40,489 bases of DNA from a virus: the IMG/VR virus record IMGVR_UViG_3300025018_000051, positions 1 through 40,489 of that record; one strand, written 5' to 3'. The translations under genes and the position numbers were made by a program. Each line of letters begins with the position of its first letter. Within the stretch, counting starts at the first letter, position 1. The notes beneath the pieces were generated by a model. That model made no database searches. It was not told where the DNA came from and saw only the letters and a list, made by a program, of their open reading frames with translations. Positions 14,886 to 22,108 of this stretch are shown in pieces.

Positions 14886-17531
14886 TCATTTTTCCTTCTG
14901 GTCTAAAACCTTGTGAATTGTGTTCATTTTTTCGAGAGCCCGAACCAGTATCTTTTCTGAAATAGATCCAGGCGCCACGAAAATTTCTGCCGTAACGACA
15001 TTCTCTTGACCAAACCTGTCTAACCGGGAAACTGCTTGTTCATTCTGTGCAGGCACCCAATCAGGTTCAGCCAAATAGCACCGGGAACAAACCTTCTGTA
15101 AACCATCCAAGCCGGTGCCCGCTGCCTGGATATTACCTATGAACACGCGCACCTTATCGTCATTCACAAAATCGTCAACGGCTTTTTCTCTTGCAGCCGG
15201 AGATTTTCGTCCGTCGATCCGAACGGTTCCAAATCGGGACAATTGCTGCTCAAAGATTTCTAACACGTCGATATGCCATCCAAAAATCGCTAGCTTTTCG
15301 TCCGAACCTTCGAGAAAATCCTTGGCGTATTCGGCAATCTGCGGAGCAAGAGCGGTTCCCATCAATCGCCGCGCTTCGGCAATATGTCCGAGAATTTCAA
15401 AATCTTTCGTGGTCTGTACATCGTCAATTGAGATACCTAGCAAATCCTCTGCATCGAGCGCGGATTTCACAGATCCGTTTTCCTCACAGCGCACAATGGC
15501 GTAACGTGGCGGCTTCATGAATTTCAGTACGTCTTTCTTTTCATGCCGTGCCATGATGTTGACCCTCAGCCGGTTTTGCAATTCCTGTTCGAGCGATGTG
15601 CTTTCCAGCTTGAAGCGTTTACCCTCGATCGTTTTCATATCGGCTTGCCGGTTGTAGCGCTCCTTGAATTTTTCCTCGCTGGCAAAGTCAATTGCCTGCC
15701 AATCGAAAAACCGGAAAAGCACATACGCCTCGGATGGACGGTTCAAAAGCAAGGTTCCGGTCAAAGCCAAATGTTCGCGGCAATGTCCTGCTATGGCTTT
15801 CATCTTGTGTTCACCGTGATGATATTCGCCGCGGGAATTGCCAATGATCGCGCGCGTTGTCAGTGCATTTATGTTCTTCATCTTGTGAGCTTCATCGCAA
15901 ATCAGAACGTCCCATTCATATTTTGAGATTGCGCGAATGATCGCCGGATTTCTCGCAGTGTCGTAGCTAAGTATCTGGTAATGCGCGGTCGGATGAATAC
16001 CGTCCTTGACCTTGAGCATGGTCGAAACCTTGACCATCGGGATAGTTGACCATGCCTTTATCTGCGCAGCCCATTGCAGCCGCACCGACGCTGGCACGAT
16101 CACAAGCACCCGCTGCGCCTCACGCTCGTTGCAATAAGCAATTGAGGTCGGCGTATTGTGCGTGAGAGTATATCCACGAGTTACAAACAAGCCCCGAGGA
16201 TCTGAAATTTTGATGCAGCGTTGGGATTCCTCTCCGTCCTGCACAATTTCAGAAACCGCCAATTTGATATTGGAAGGACGCCATTGTGCGGCTTTACGAG
16301 ACAAATTGAAGGGGCAGAAGTGAGTCTTCACATTAACCTGATAGTCTATACCCTTACCGTCCGACCTTTCATAAACTCGCACTTTGGCCCAACCACCTAA
16401 AGACCTCACCAACTGCGCAACGTCCTGCGCCAACTGCGCAGACTTGGTGTGGTAGGTCGTCCGATTGCGAATACACGATCCGTCAGTGTCCATAAGGCCC
16501 GAGAGCAAGTCCATTCGCTGACTGATTGAGCCCATGAAATAGATTTCAGGGATGAAACGGTCAGGACTTTTGACGTTCAATCCGAGAGCCTTAATCTTAT
16601 GATAAAATGCTGCGTCTTTAGTCGGTTTGGAAATTGCATATTGCGGACAGGCAGGATGCCTGTTTTCGTTGAAATGAAAATCAGAAGGTAAATACTTTTT
16701 TGCATTTTCGATAACTTCCGCATCAATATCCGGTGTCGAGATTGCAATTCTTGTTCCAGTGAGTGAACCATCACCAATCAATGCCCCAAGCAAATACGGG
16801 TGTATGTCAAAAGGTATTGGAGCATGGTCGATAGGCTGGACCAAGGGAACATAGAACCGTGCTATCCGGCGAGATAATCCGTTACGTGTCCCTCCACCGA
16901 CAGTCAGACCCCAATCCATAATTTGTTGAGTGGTCAAAACTTCTGTCTTAAAACTATGACCTCCACGTCGCTCGACCTCCCACAAATGTTCAGCATCGCA
17001 TCGAACATATCGACCGTCTGAAAAGATCACTTTCCAGACGGTGCTTTTTTGCGGTGGATATACTGCCTCGACCTGAACAGGCTTCCCGTCATGTCCATAG
17101 ACCCAATCACCTGCCGACAATTCTGCATTTTCCACCCAGCCCTTAGGTGTCAAAACAGGCTCGGAAACAGGCAACCGCTTCCCAAGTCCGGGTTGATCAC
17201 CGTTGATCCCGCCTTTCCGGTCCAGCAAATAATCAAGCGTGGCTTTCTGATAATCCCATAATTCGCAGCCTGGTGGAAGTTTCGCAGTGCCGATACCATC
17301 GAGAGCTCGCGATGCGTCGATCTTCTTGCGATAGGCGCCGAGATTGGGAAGGTCTTTGTCCGCCAGATCAGCAACAGAATAGGGATTGTTCGACCACAAC
17401 ACAGCTTCATGCCGGCTGCTCGCGCTCGTGGAAAATACGAGCCCGCGATAGGCCATGATACCGGCAATTTCCTGCTTGCGGGCAATCGGCACTCGCAAAA
17501 TGAAATTAGGTCCGTTCTCCGAGACGTTCAT
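14886..17531 (-). CDS. SNF2-family helicase interrupted by an intein in the Walker-A loop
   Basis: GDQPGLGK / TPTSIAY (motif I split), LICDEAHKMKN (DEAH), LALTGTLLLNR, and the C-terminal helicase motifs FIGNIQAAGTGLDGLQ and QAVSRLDRFGQ. Confidence 0.9.
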   Translation of the reverse strand: MNVSENGPNFILRVPIARKQEIAGIMAYRGLVFSTSASSRHEAVLWSNNPYSVADLADKDLPNLGAYRKKIDASRALDGIGTAKLPPGCELWDYQKATLDYLLDRKGGINGDQPGLGKRLPVSEPVLTPKGWVENAELSAGDWVYGHDGKPVQVEAVYPPQKSTVWKVIFSDGRYVRCDAEHLWEVERRGGHSFKTEVLTTQQIMDWGLTVGGGTRNGLSRRIARFYVPLVQPIDHAPIPFDIHPYLLGALIGDGSLTGTRIAISTPDIDAEVIENAKKYLPSDFHFNENRHPACPQYAISKPTKDAAFYHKIKALGLNVKSPDRFIPEIYFMGSISQRMDLLSGLMDTDGSCIRNRTTYHTKSAQLAQDVAQLVRSLGGWAKVRVYERSDGKGIDYQVNVKTHFCPFNLSRKAAQWRPSNIKLAVSEIVQDGEESQRCIKISDPRGLFVTRGYTLTHNTPTSIAYCNEREAQRVLVIVPASVRLQWAAQIKAWSTIPMVKVSTMLKVKDGIHPTAHYQILSYDTARNPAIIRAISKYEWDVLICDEAHKMKNINALTTRAIIGNSRGEYHHGEHKMKAIAGHCREHLALTGTLLLNRPSEAYVLFRFFDWQAIDFASEEKFKERYNRQADMKTIEGKRFKLESTSLEQELQNRLRVNIMARHEKKDVLKFMKPPRYAIVRCEENGSVKSALDAEDLLGISIDDVQTTKDFEILGHIAEARRLMGTALAPQIAEYAKDFLEGSDEKLAIFGWHIDVLEIFEQQLSRFGTVRIDGRKSPAAREKAVDDFVNDDKVRVFIGNIQAAGTGLDGLQKVCSRCYLAEPDWVPAQNEQAVSRLDRFGQENVVTAEIFVAPGSISEKILVRALEKMNTIHKVLDQKEK
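16155..17177 (-). mobile_element. 341-codon intein with LAGLIDADG endonuclease domain, class-3-like (no Cys/Ser/Thr at position 1)
   Basis: Inserted between GLGK (Lys codon 17180-17178) and T (+1). It starts RLPVSEPVLTPKGW. Block B is CDAEHLW, LAGLIDADG motifs are YLLGALIGDGSL and LLSGLMDTDGS, block F is QRCIKISDPRGLFV, and block G is YTLTHN|T (Asn codon 16157-16155). Confidence 0.8.
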
Positions 17532-17740
17532 TATAGATCATATTCCCTTACTAATTCCTGCCCCATAATCGGGAGCGGACCTATCCAGCCTGCCACAGTT
17601 CCGGTGACAGGTTCCTTGATGTTCGAGAGCCAGCCTGTGCCGCCAGTAAGCCAAAAACGCACGACCGTAGGCACATCGACGCCGTGCATATAGCAGACAT
17701 AGTGCCCTGTTTCCTTCGGATTGCCTGTCTGGATTTTCAC
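17531..17740 (-). CDS. DUF551-like small protein (paralog of 18784..18981)
   Basis: The GTG start overlaps the TGA of methyltransferase frame B (GTGA). The product is Trp-rich and reads ...VAGWIGPLPIMGQELVREYDL, compared with ...ISQWFGPLPTAQGYDL in the paralog. Confidence 0.55.
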   Translation of the reverse strand: MKIQTGNPKETGHYVCYMHGVDVPTVVRFWLTGGTGWLSNIKEPVTGTVAGWIGPLPIMGQELVREYDL

Positions 17741-18306
17741 AAATCATACTCCAATTTCGTCATTGATTTCTTTGACGACTTCGCAGAACGTTGCCGCCGT
17801 TTCCGCATCGAGCGCGTTTCCGTAGGCGCGCAATCGTCCCACTCTTTGGGAAGCCTCATTAACCAGCGGGAATGTGCCGGGTTCAACCGGCCTCCACTTT
17901 CCATCCCGGCAGTAGAGCCAGTCAACAAGCGTCCGTCCGAGCATAGGCGGATCGGTCCTGTCAGGATTGCCGCATGATTGAGTGTGATGTTCCGTGTCTT
18001 GAAATCCGGTGACGGGTGTCGCAAGCAATCGTTCGTCGTCGTCGGCCATCCTGCTAGTTGTGCGGTCATCTGAATGTCCGAGACGCAAATCCCCATTGAT
18101 CTGCCTGTCTTGGCTACTGACTTTTTCTTGCGTTCCAAAAATTGCTCTGGCGTCCCGTTCGCTGGATTGCTCACCGATGTCGGCCAACCCGCCAGCACCG
18201 CTTGCCTCGGAAGCTGATCCAGCCTGGTCCGCCCATCCTCGCACCGGGTCACCATTCCCGGCGTATCCTTCCAATCGCGTGCCGAAGCTGTCACCCATCC
18301 CGACAA
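17737..18306 (-). CDS. methyltransferase target-recognition/C-terminal region encoded in the +1 frame relative to 17744..18787 (ORF open up to 18714; expression mode unknown)
   Basis: SGWVTASARDWKD, AVLAGWPTS, AQLAGWPTT, LTGSTAGMESGGRLNPAHSRWLMRLPKEWDDCAPT. I recall these as the hallmark variable region/C-terminus of a proteobacterial phage C5-MTase family. It ends LEYDL plus the GTGA junction cassette. A possible TTG start at 18306 lies 7 nt after AGAGG. Confidence 0.5.
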   Translation of the reverse strand: MSGWVTASARDWKDTPGMVTRCEDGRTRLDQLPRQAVLAGWPTSVSNPANGTPEQFLERKKKSVAKTGRSMGICVSDIQMTAQLAGWPTTTNDCLRHPSPDFKTRNITLNHAAILTGPIRLCSDGRLLTGSTAGMESGGRLNPAHSRWLMRLPKEWDDCAPTETRSMRKRRQRSAKSSKKSMTKLEYDL

Positions 18307-18787
18307 AATAAAGCCTCTGTCTGATGTGCGCACCGTCGAACCCCGCAGCGCACAAATCGCTTGCCCCAAAGGCGTATCCCGTTCCTTCCAAGTCAGCTTG
18401 TACAAGATCGAGCCATGCGAGCGCGCTTGCAACTTGCTCTCCAACGATCGTTGAAGGTCGGCACTGCTCAATGAGATTGGACCAGTAAGGCCACAGGTGA
18501 CGTTCATCATCAAATCCTTTTTGTTTTCCGGCATTGCTGAAAGGCTGGCACGGACAAGAACCTGTCCAGATCGATTGATCATCTGGCCACCCTGCACGGC
18601 GCAAAGCGTGTGACCAAACCCCAATTCCCGCAAAGAAATGGCATTGCGTAAATTCCAGCAACTCGAACGCTTCCACGTCCTGAATTTTCCGTTCATCCAC
18701 GATCCCCGGCGCAATATGTCCCGCAGCGATAAGATTGCGCAGCCAGTCCGCTGCGAAAGGGTCGGGTTCGTTGTACCATGCTGTCAC
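17744..18787 (-). CDS. DNA (cytosine-5) methyltransferase, frame A (catalytic motifs)
   Basis: Motif I CHFFAGIGVW, motif IV GSCPCQPFSNAG, motif VI-like IVGEQV, motif VIII HIRQRLYFVG, and C-terminal LRAYGNALDAETAATF (motif X-like). The ~150 codons in between are G/D/R/S-rich with no motif. The GTG start is in a GTGA overlap with the upstream gene. Confidence 0.8.
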   Translation of the reverse strand: MTAWYNEPDPFAADWLRNLIAAGHIAPGIVDERKIQDVEAFELLEFTQCHFFAGIGVWSHALRRAGWPDDQSIWTGSCPCQPFSNAGKQKGFDDERHLWPYWSNLIEQCRPSTIVGEQVASALAWLDLVQADLEGTGYAFGASDLCAAGFDGAHIRQRLYFVGMGDSFGTRLEGYAGNGDPVRGWADQAGSASEASGAGGLADIGEQSSERDARAIFGTQEKVSSQDRQINGDLRLGHSDDRTTSRMADDDERLLATPVTGFQDTEHHTQSCGNPDRTDPPMLGRTLVDWLYCRDGKWRPVEPGTFPLVNEASQRVGRLRAYGNALDAETAATFCEVVKEINDEIGV

Positions 18788-18981
18788 AGATCATATCCTT
18801 GCGCGGTCGGGAGAGGTCCGAACCATTGCGAGATATCGGAAAGTTGCCAAGTGTAATCCGTGCCGGGATAAAACCAGGTTTCCTTGACTGCATCCCATTC
18901 GAGTACCTTCCAATCATCACGCACCATCGCGCAATAAAGACCCGCATATCCTGGATCCGTGTAACCGTGTCGCAACGTCAC
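18784..18981 (-). CDS. DUF551-like small protein (paralog of 17531..17740)
   Basis: The GTG start overlaps the TGA of the MerR-like gene (GTGA). 65 aa, Trp/Tyr-rich, ending GPLPTAQGYDL. Confidence 0.55.
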   Translation of the reverse strand: MTLRHGYTDPGYAGLYCAMVRDDWKVLEWDAVKETWFYPGTDYTWQLSDISQWFGPLPTAQGYDL

Positions 18982-19313
18982 AAATCATACTCCTGCACTC
19001 GCAAGGCTTCGGGCTTCGGTAATTGCTCACCTAGTCGCACCGCAGCCCGCGCTTGATCGGAGAGCCTTGTCAGGATCACCTCATAGGCTTCTGGTCCCCA
19101 TTCTTCCAACATCTGTTTGATTTCATCGAGCGACCAGTTTCCGAATTGTGCCGCAGCGATGACCTTGGCTTTATCCAGTTGCTCAGGCGTGTAGCGCCGC
19201 GTCCCTCCTTCAGAACGCTCAACCTTACCCAAAAGCCCTTGATCTTCCCAATGCCGAATACCTCGCCTTGACGTGCAGCCGGCGCGCGTCATTTCCTCAA
19301 CGCTGTGCATCAT
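18978..19313 (-). CDS. MerR-family HTH protein
   Basis: EMTRAGCTSRRGIRHWEDQGLLGKVERSEGGTRRYTPEQLD fits the MerR N-terminal HTH/wing pattern. AAGGAA lies upstream of ATG19313. Confidence 0.7.
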   Translation of the reverse strand: MMHSVEEMTRAGCTSRRGIRHWEDQGLLGKVERSEGGTRRYTPEQLDKAKVIAAAQFGNWSLDEIKQMLEEWGPEAYEVILTRLSDQARAAVRLGEQLPKPEALRVQEYDL

Positions 19314-19450
19314 TTTGGAATTCCTTCTTCATGAAATTTCCGTTGCCTTCCTGCCTTATCCTCAAGCCTCCACCAGGGGCAAATCATGTAATCATCGAGG
19401 TAAATACCTATCCTGGTTTTGATTTTTCCATTCTTTGACCGCTGCAAGAC

Positions 19451-19954
19451 CTAAACATTCAATTCCCTTTCTATCTGATCCAGTGTTGCTTTCTTCCAGT
19501 AATCGAAACGCTCGACAATGAAGTATTTTCGTAGGTTCTCGCTTTGAGACAGTCTTGGCAACCCGGCAAAATCCAGTTCGTATTCCAGCCTGCGGGCTGA
19601 TTTGAGTATCTGCGGCCACCTGTCTGTATGACCCACTGCAATCGCCAAAGCGGGCCATAATGGTGCTAATTCGTCAGCAGTGTAGAAAGGGCGAACCTGC
19701 CAAAGGGGAAGCCATGCTTTCGCTGCTACGGCGTTCGGATCGGTCGGGTTATTCTTCGCCCACGACGCAACCTGATTTTTCCAATGGACTACAATCCCCT
19801 TATTATGCCCCTTTACGAACATGGCCTTTACGATTGCGTGGGTTTCCCCTTTCCAGAATTGTCTTCCGCTCATGTTACAATCGCCCGATAAACCAACCAT
19901 CGCAAAATCGGAATTAGCGTATGTATCCTTTTCCCTTTCTGAAATTTTCGCCAT
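19451..19954 (-). CDS. hypothetical protein (start uncertain; ORF open to TTG20020)
   Basis: Coding-like 167-189 aa ORF. The first ATG is at 19954 (MAKISEREKD...). No motif recognised. It is followed by a 137-nt gap. Confidence 0.5.
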   Translation of the reverse strand: MAKISEREKDTYANSDFAMVGLSGDCNMSGRQFWKGETHAIVKAMFVKGHNKGIVVHWKNQVASWAKNNPTDPNAVAAKAWLPLWQVRPFYTADELAPLWPALAIAVGHTDRWPQILKSARRLEYELDFAGLPRLSQSENLRKYFIVERFDYWKKATLDQIERELNV

Positions 19955-20054
19955 CCTGGAACCAACATACAAAATTGTAAATTCATTCGCCACCACGCCA
20001 TACCTGATACAGGATCGCAAGGTAGGGGATACCCTTCAATGTCAATATCACGCT

Positions 20055-21947
20055 TCACAAATCATACTCCTGCTTTGGAATTGCCCATTTACCTTGTGTT
20101 GGTCGTAGGAATGTCAGTGCGGTATTTTTCGACAGTTCCCGCTGAATGATTTTCTTATCCGCTCCGGTTTTACCAGCAATCTCGCTTATCATGACGCTAT
20201 CGCTTGTCTCACCGCCAAGTCCTTCGAGCACTCGCAAAACTTCCTCGATACTCGCCCAAGGATAACGACTTTTCGTCTCTTTGCCCTTGCTCGTTTCTTC
20301 CAGCGCTTCGGTGCGTTCAAGCACAATCGACTGAGCAAACTCTTTAGTCACAAAATAATGTATATCGTCCCCTACGTCAGCATCTTTCTGTTTTTTGACC
20401 TGCAAAGATGTTCCACCAAGTTTCAGTTTCGTGTTTATCACAGTATCCATGTTAGCATAGAACGCGCTCGATCCCCGCGCACCCTTCGATTGATCCTTAC
20501 CCGTGTGGTGAACCGCAAGCACGAAACACTCATAGTATCGTGACAGGCTCTCCATGAAATTAGTTATCATGCTCGCGTCTTTAGCGCTGTTCTCGTCCAT
20601 GCCGGTTATTAGCCTCGTGAGCGTGTCAATCACGATTAGCGCAGGCTTGGCCTTCAATTCGGACAGATCGGCTTTGACGCACTCCCATGCGTCCGTATCG
20701 GTATAGAAAGGCACTCGGTCCTTAATCAAAAACCTGTGATCGTTCTTAAATTCTATGTCCTGCCATTCCATCCATGCCGGCCAGCGTTTCTTGGCGGTTG
20801 CAACCGGCCCCTCGCCAGCAAGGAAAAGCACGTCATTCTTGACAGGTGGAGCTCCCCATTGCCCAGGGATACCGAACGCCAGGCAAAGCGACATATCGAG
20901 CGCGAGGAAGGATTTATAGCTGCCACTCTCGCCGTAAATCATCCCGATACCAACCGAGGGGACCATGCCAGGGATAAGCCAGGTCGGGTCGCTTACGTTT
21001 TCAGCATAGTCATGCAGAAATTGGATTTTGTCGCGCGATCGGTCGGCTGGTGTTTCAGCTTCCCGCCCTGCAAAAGATGCAAAAGCCTCACTGTTTGTCT
21101 GAAACCCTTTTGCACCTTTCTCGGTATCCTCACCGTATTCCGCAGCATTTTGCACGATCTTTTCGAGTTCGTAATCATCCCAAGGCGGCGAGCAATGCGG
21201 GTTCCAGTGTTCAATTAAAAGATCAAAACACATGGCAGGGGATATGGCCTTATCGAGAACCGAAGCCGCGACCCTGAATGCAGTATCGTTTCCGCCCTTA
21301 CCTTCAATCGAGACACGTCCTGCCTCTACGTAGTTTTTAAGGAGGTCAATCGCCCATGACACATTACGCGGCTGGTCGGCATCGGGATTTTTCTCAAGCC
21401 CTTTGGTTTCGGTTTTCTTGCGCTCTGGTACGAGCACTTTCATACAATCAGGCATTGGCAGGATCGAACCGCCTAGCAGCGTATAAGCACCATCAACGCG
21501 CCCAGGACCGGCAACGGTCTTTGATCCCGGCGCCACCACGTATCCGCCTGAGACTAGCTTGCCATCGCGCCAGAAACCCCCGCGCGTGTCGATCCCTTCG
21601 GCAATGCGGCTAGCCGTGCTTGGCCCCTCACCTCTGAAATAGACGTGCAAGCCCCCTTTGGGCGTCCGCACCTGCAAAGCTGCGCCGACCGCAGCGGCAA
21701 CGTCTGCATCGCGCTTTAAGAGGTTTTTCCACCATGACAGGCCGGCGGGGTCAATGTCGAATATGAACAGTCCAGAAAGTCCGCAGGCCACCGCCCAATT
21801 GAATGACGGATTGAGGCTCTGCCATTCGTCCAACTTGGCCGGATCGCTGCTAGCGTCTTTCCAGCCGTTTGCGGTTGCAGGGTCTTTCGTCCCCGGCTGG
21901 CAGGGAAAAAGCTTGCAACCTCTCAATTCATCCGGTAAATCCTGCAC
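20055..21947 (-). CDS. bifunctional primase-polymerase (Prim-Pol) / PriCT / RepA-DnaB-like (AAA_25-type) ATPase
   Basis: LFPCQPGTKDPATANGWKDA...GLFIFDIDP...TPKGGLHVYF...GIDTRGG...GYVVAPGS (Prim-Pol), GGNDTAFRVAASVL...HWNPHCSPPW (PriCT-like), Walker A GESGSYKS, and Walker B-like ALIVIDTL. GTG start with AAGGA-N6. Confidence 0.85.
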   Translation of the reverse strand: MQDLPDELRGCKLFPCQPGTKDPATANGWKDASSDPAKLDEWQSLNPSFNWAVACGLSGLFIFDIDPAGLSWWKNLLKRDADVAAAVGAALQVRTPKGGLHVYFRGEGPSTASRIAEGIDTRGGFWRDGKLVSGGYVVAPGSKTVAGPGRVDGAYTLLGGSILPMPDCMKVLVPERKKTETKGLEKNPDADQPRNVSWAIDLLKNYVEAGRVSIEGKGGNDTAFRVAASVLDKAISPAMCFDLLIEHWNPHCSPPWDDYELEKIVQNAAEYGEDTEKGAKGFQTNSEAFASFAGREAETPADRSRDKIQFLHDYAENVSDPTWLIPGMVPSVGIGMIYGESGSYKSFLALDMSLCLAFGIPGQWGAPPVKNDVLFLAGEGPVATAKKRWPAWMEWQDIEFKNDHRFLIKDRVPFYTDTDAWECVKADLSELKAKPALIVIDTLTRLITGMDENSAKDASMITNFMESLSRYYECFVLAVHHTGKDQSKGARGSSAFYANMDTVINTKLKLGGTSLQVKKQKDADVGDDIHYFVTKEFAQSIVLERTEALEETSKGKETKSRYPWASIEEVLRVLEGLGGETSDSVMISEIAGKTGADKKIIQRELSKNTALTFLRPTQGKWAIPKQEYDL

Positions 21948-21986
21948 TCGCTGTCCTTATCCCGTCAGCGCATCCGCCAAAGATAG

Positions 21987-22020
21987 CCCGGAGAACCCGC
22001 CAAGGTTCTCCGGGTTTTTT
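21987..22020 (+). terminator. perfect hairpin + T6 (rho-independent terminator shape on the plus strand; A-tract on the minus-strand side)
   Basis: CCCGGAGAACC (21987-21997), 6-nt loop, GGTTCTCCGGG (22004-22014), then TTTTTT. It lies between the early gene block and the primase gene, which are both on the minus strand. Confidence 0.5.
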
Positions 22021-22108
22021 GTTTGTTATCATGTGGAAGAGGCTGCACCCCTCTTGCCGAAACCCGACACATAAACCCGCTCGCTCATTGATAGCAAGCT
22101 AAAGAGTT

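Noticed and set aside
17538-17747. A 69-aa ORF starting at the ATG inside the junction cassette (GTATGATTTG).
   Set aside because: The product is Arg/Cys-rich with no similarity to anything. The GTG-initiated frame (17531..17740) has a clear paralog at 18784..18981.
17737-17900. The idea that one polypeptide reads motif IX in frame B and then shifts back to frame A for motif X (A to B to A).
   Set aside because: The motif-IX-like Trp (EW) and the GNA of motif X would be only ~6 residues apart, much shorter than the ~15-20 residues I recall for C5-MTases. I therefore report the two frames without claiming this path.
19870-20058. A 62-codon ORF starting at the GTG of the third identical junction cassette, considered as the real gene after the primase or as a third frame-switching locus.
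   Set aside because: The translation (MKRDIDIEGYPLPC... then WWRMNLQFCMLVPGWRKFQKGKR) looks non-coding after ~20 residues. It overlaps the better ORF 19451..20020. That ORF's frame has three TGA stops just upstream, so there is no continuous path for a frameshift fusion. Kept only as a possible short coupling ORF.
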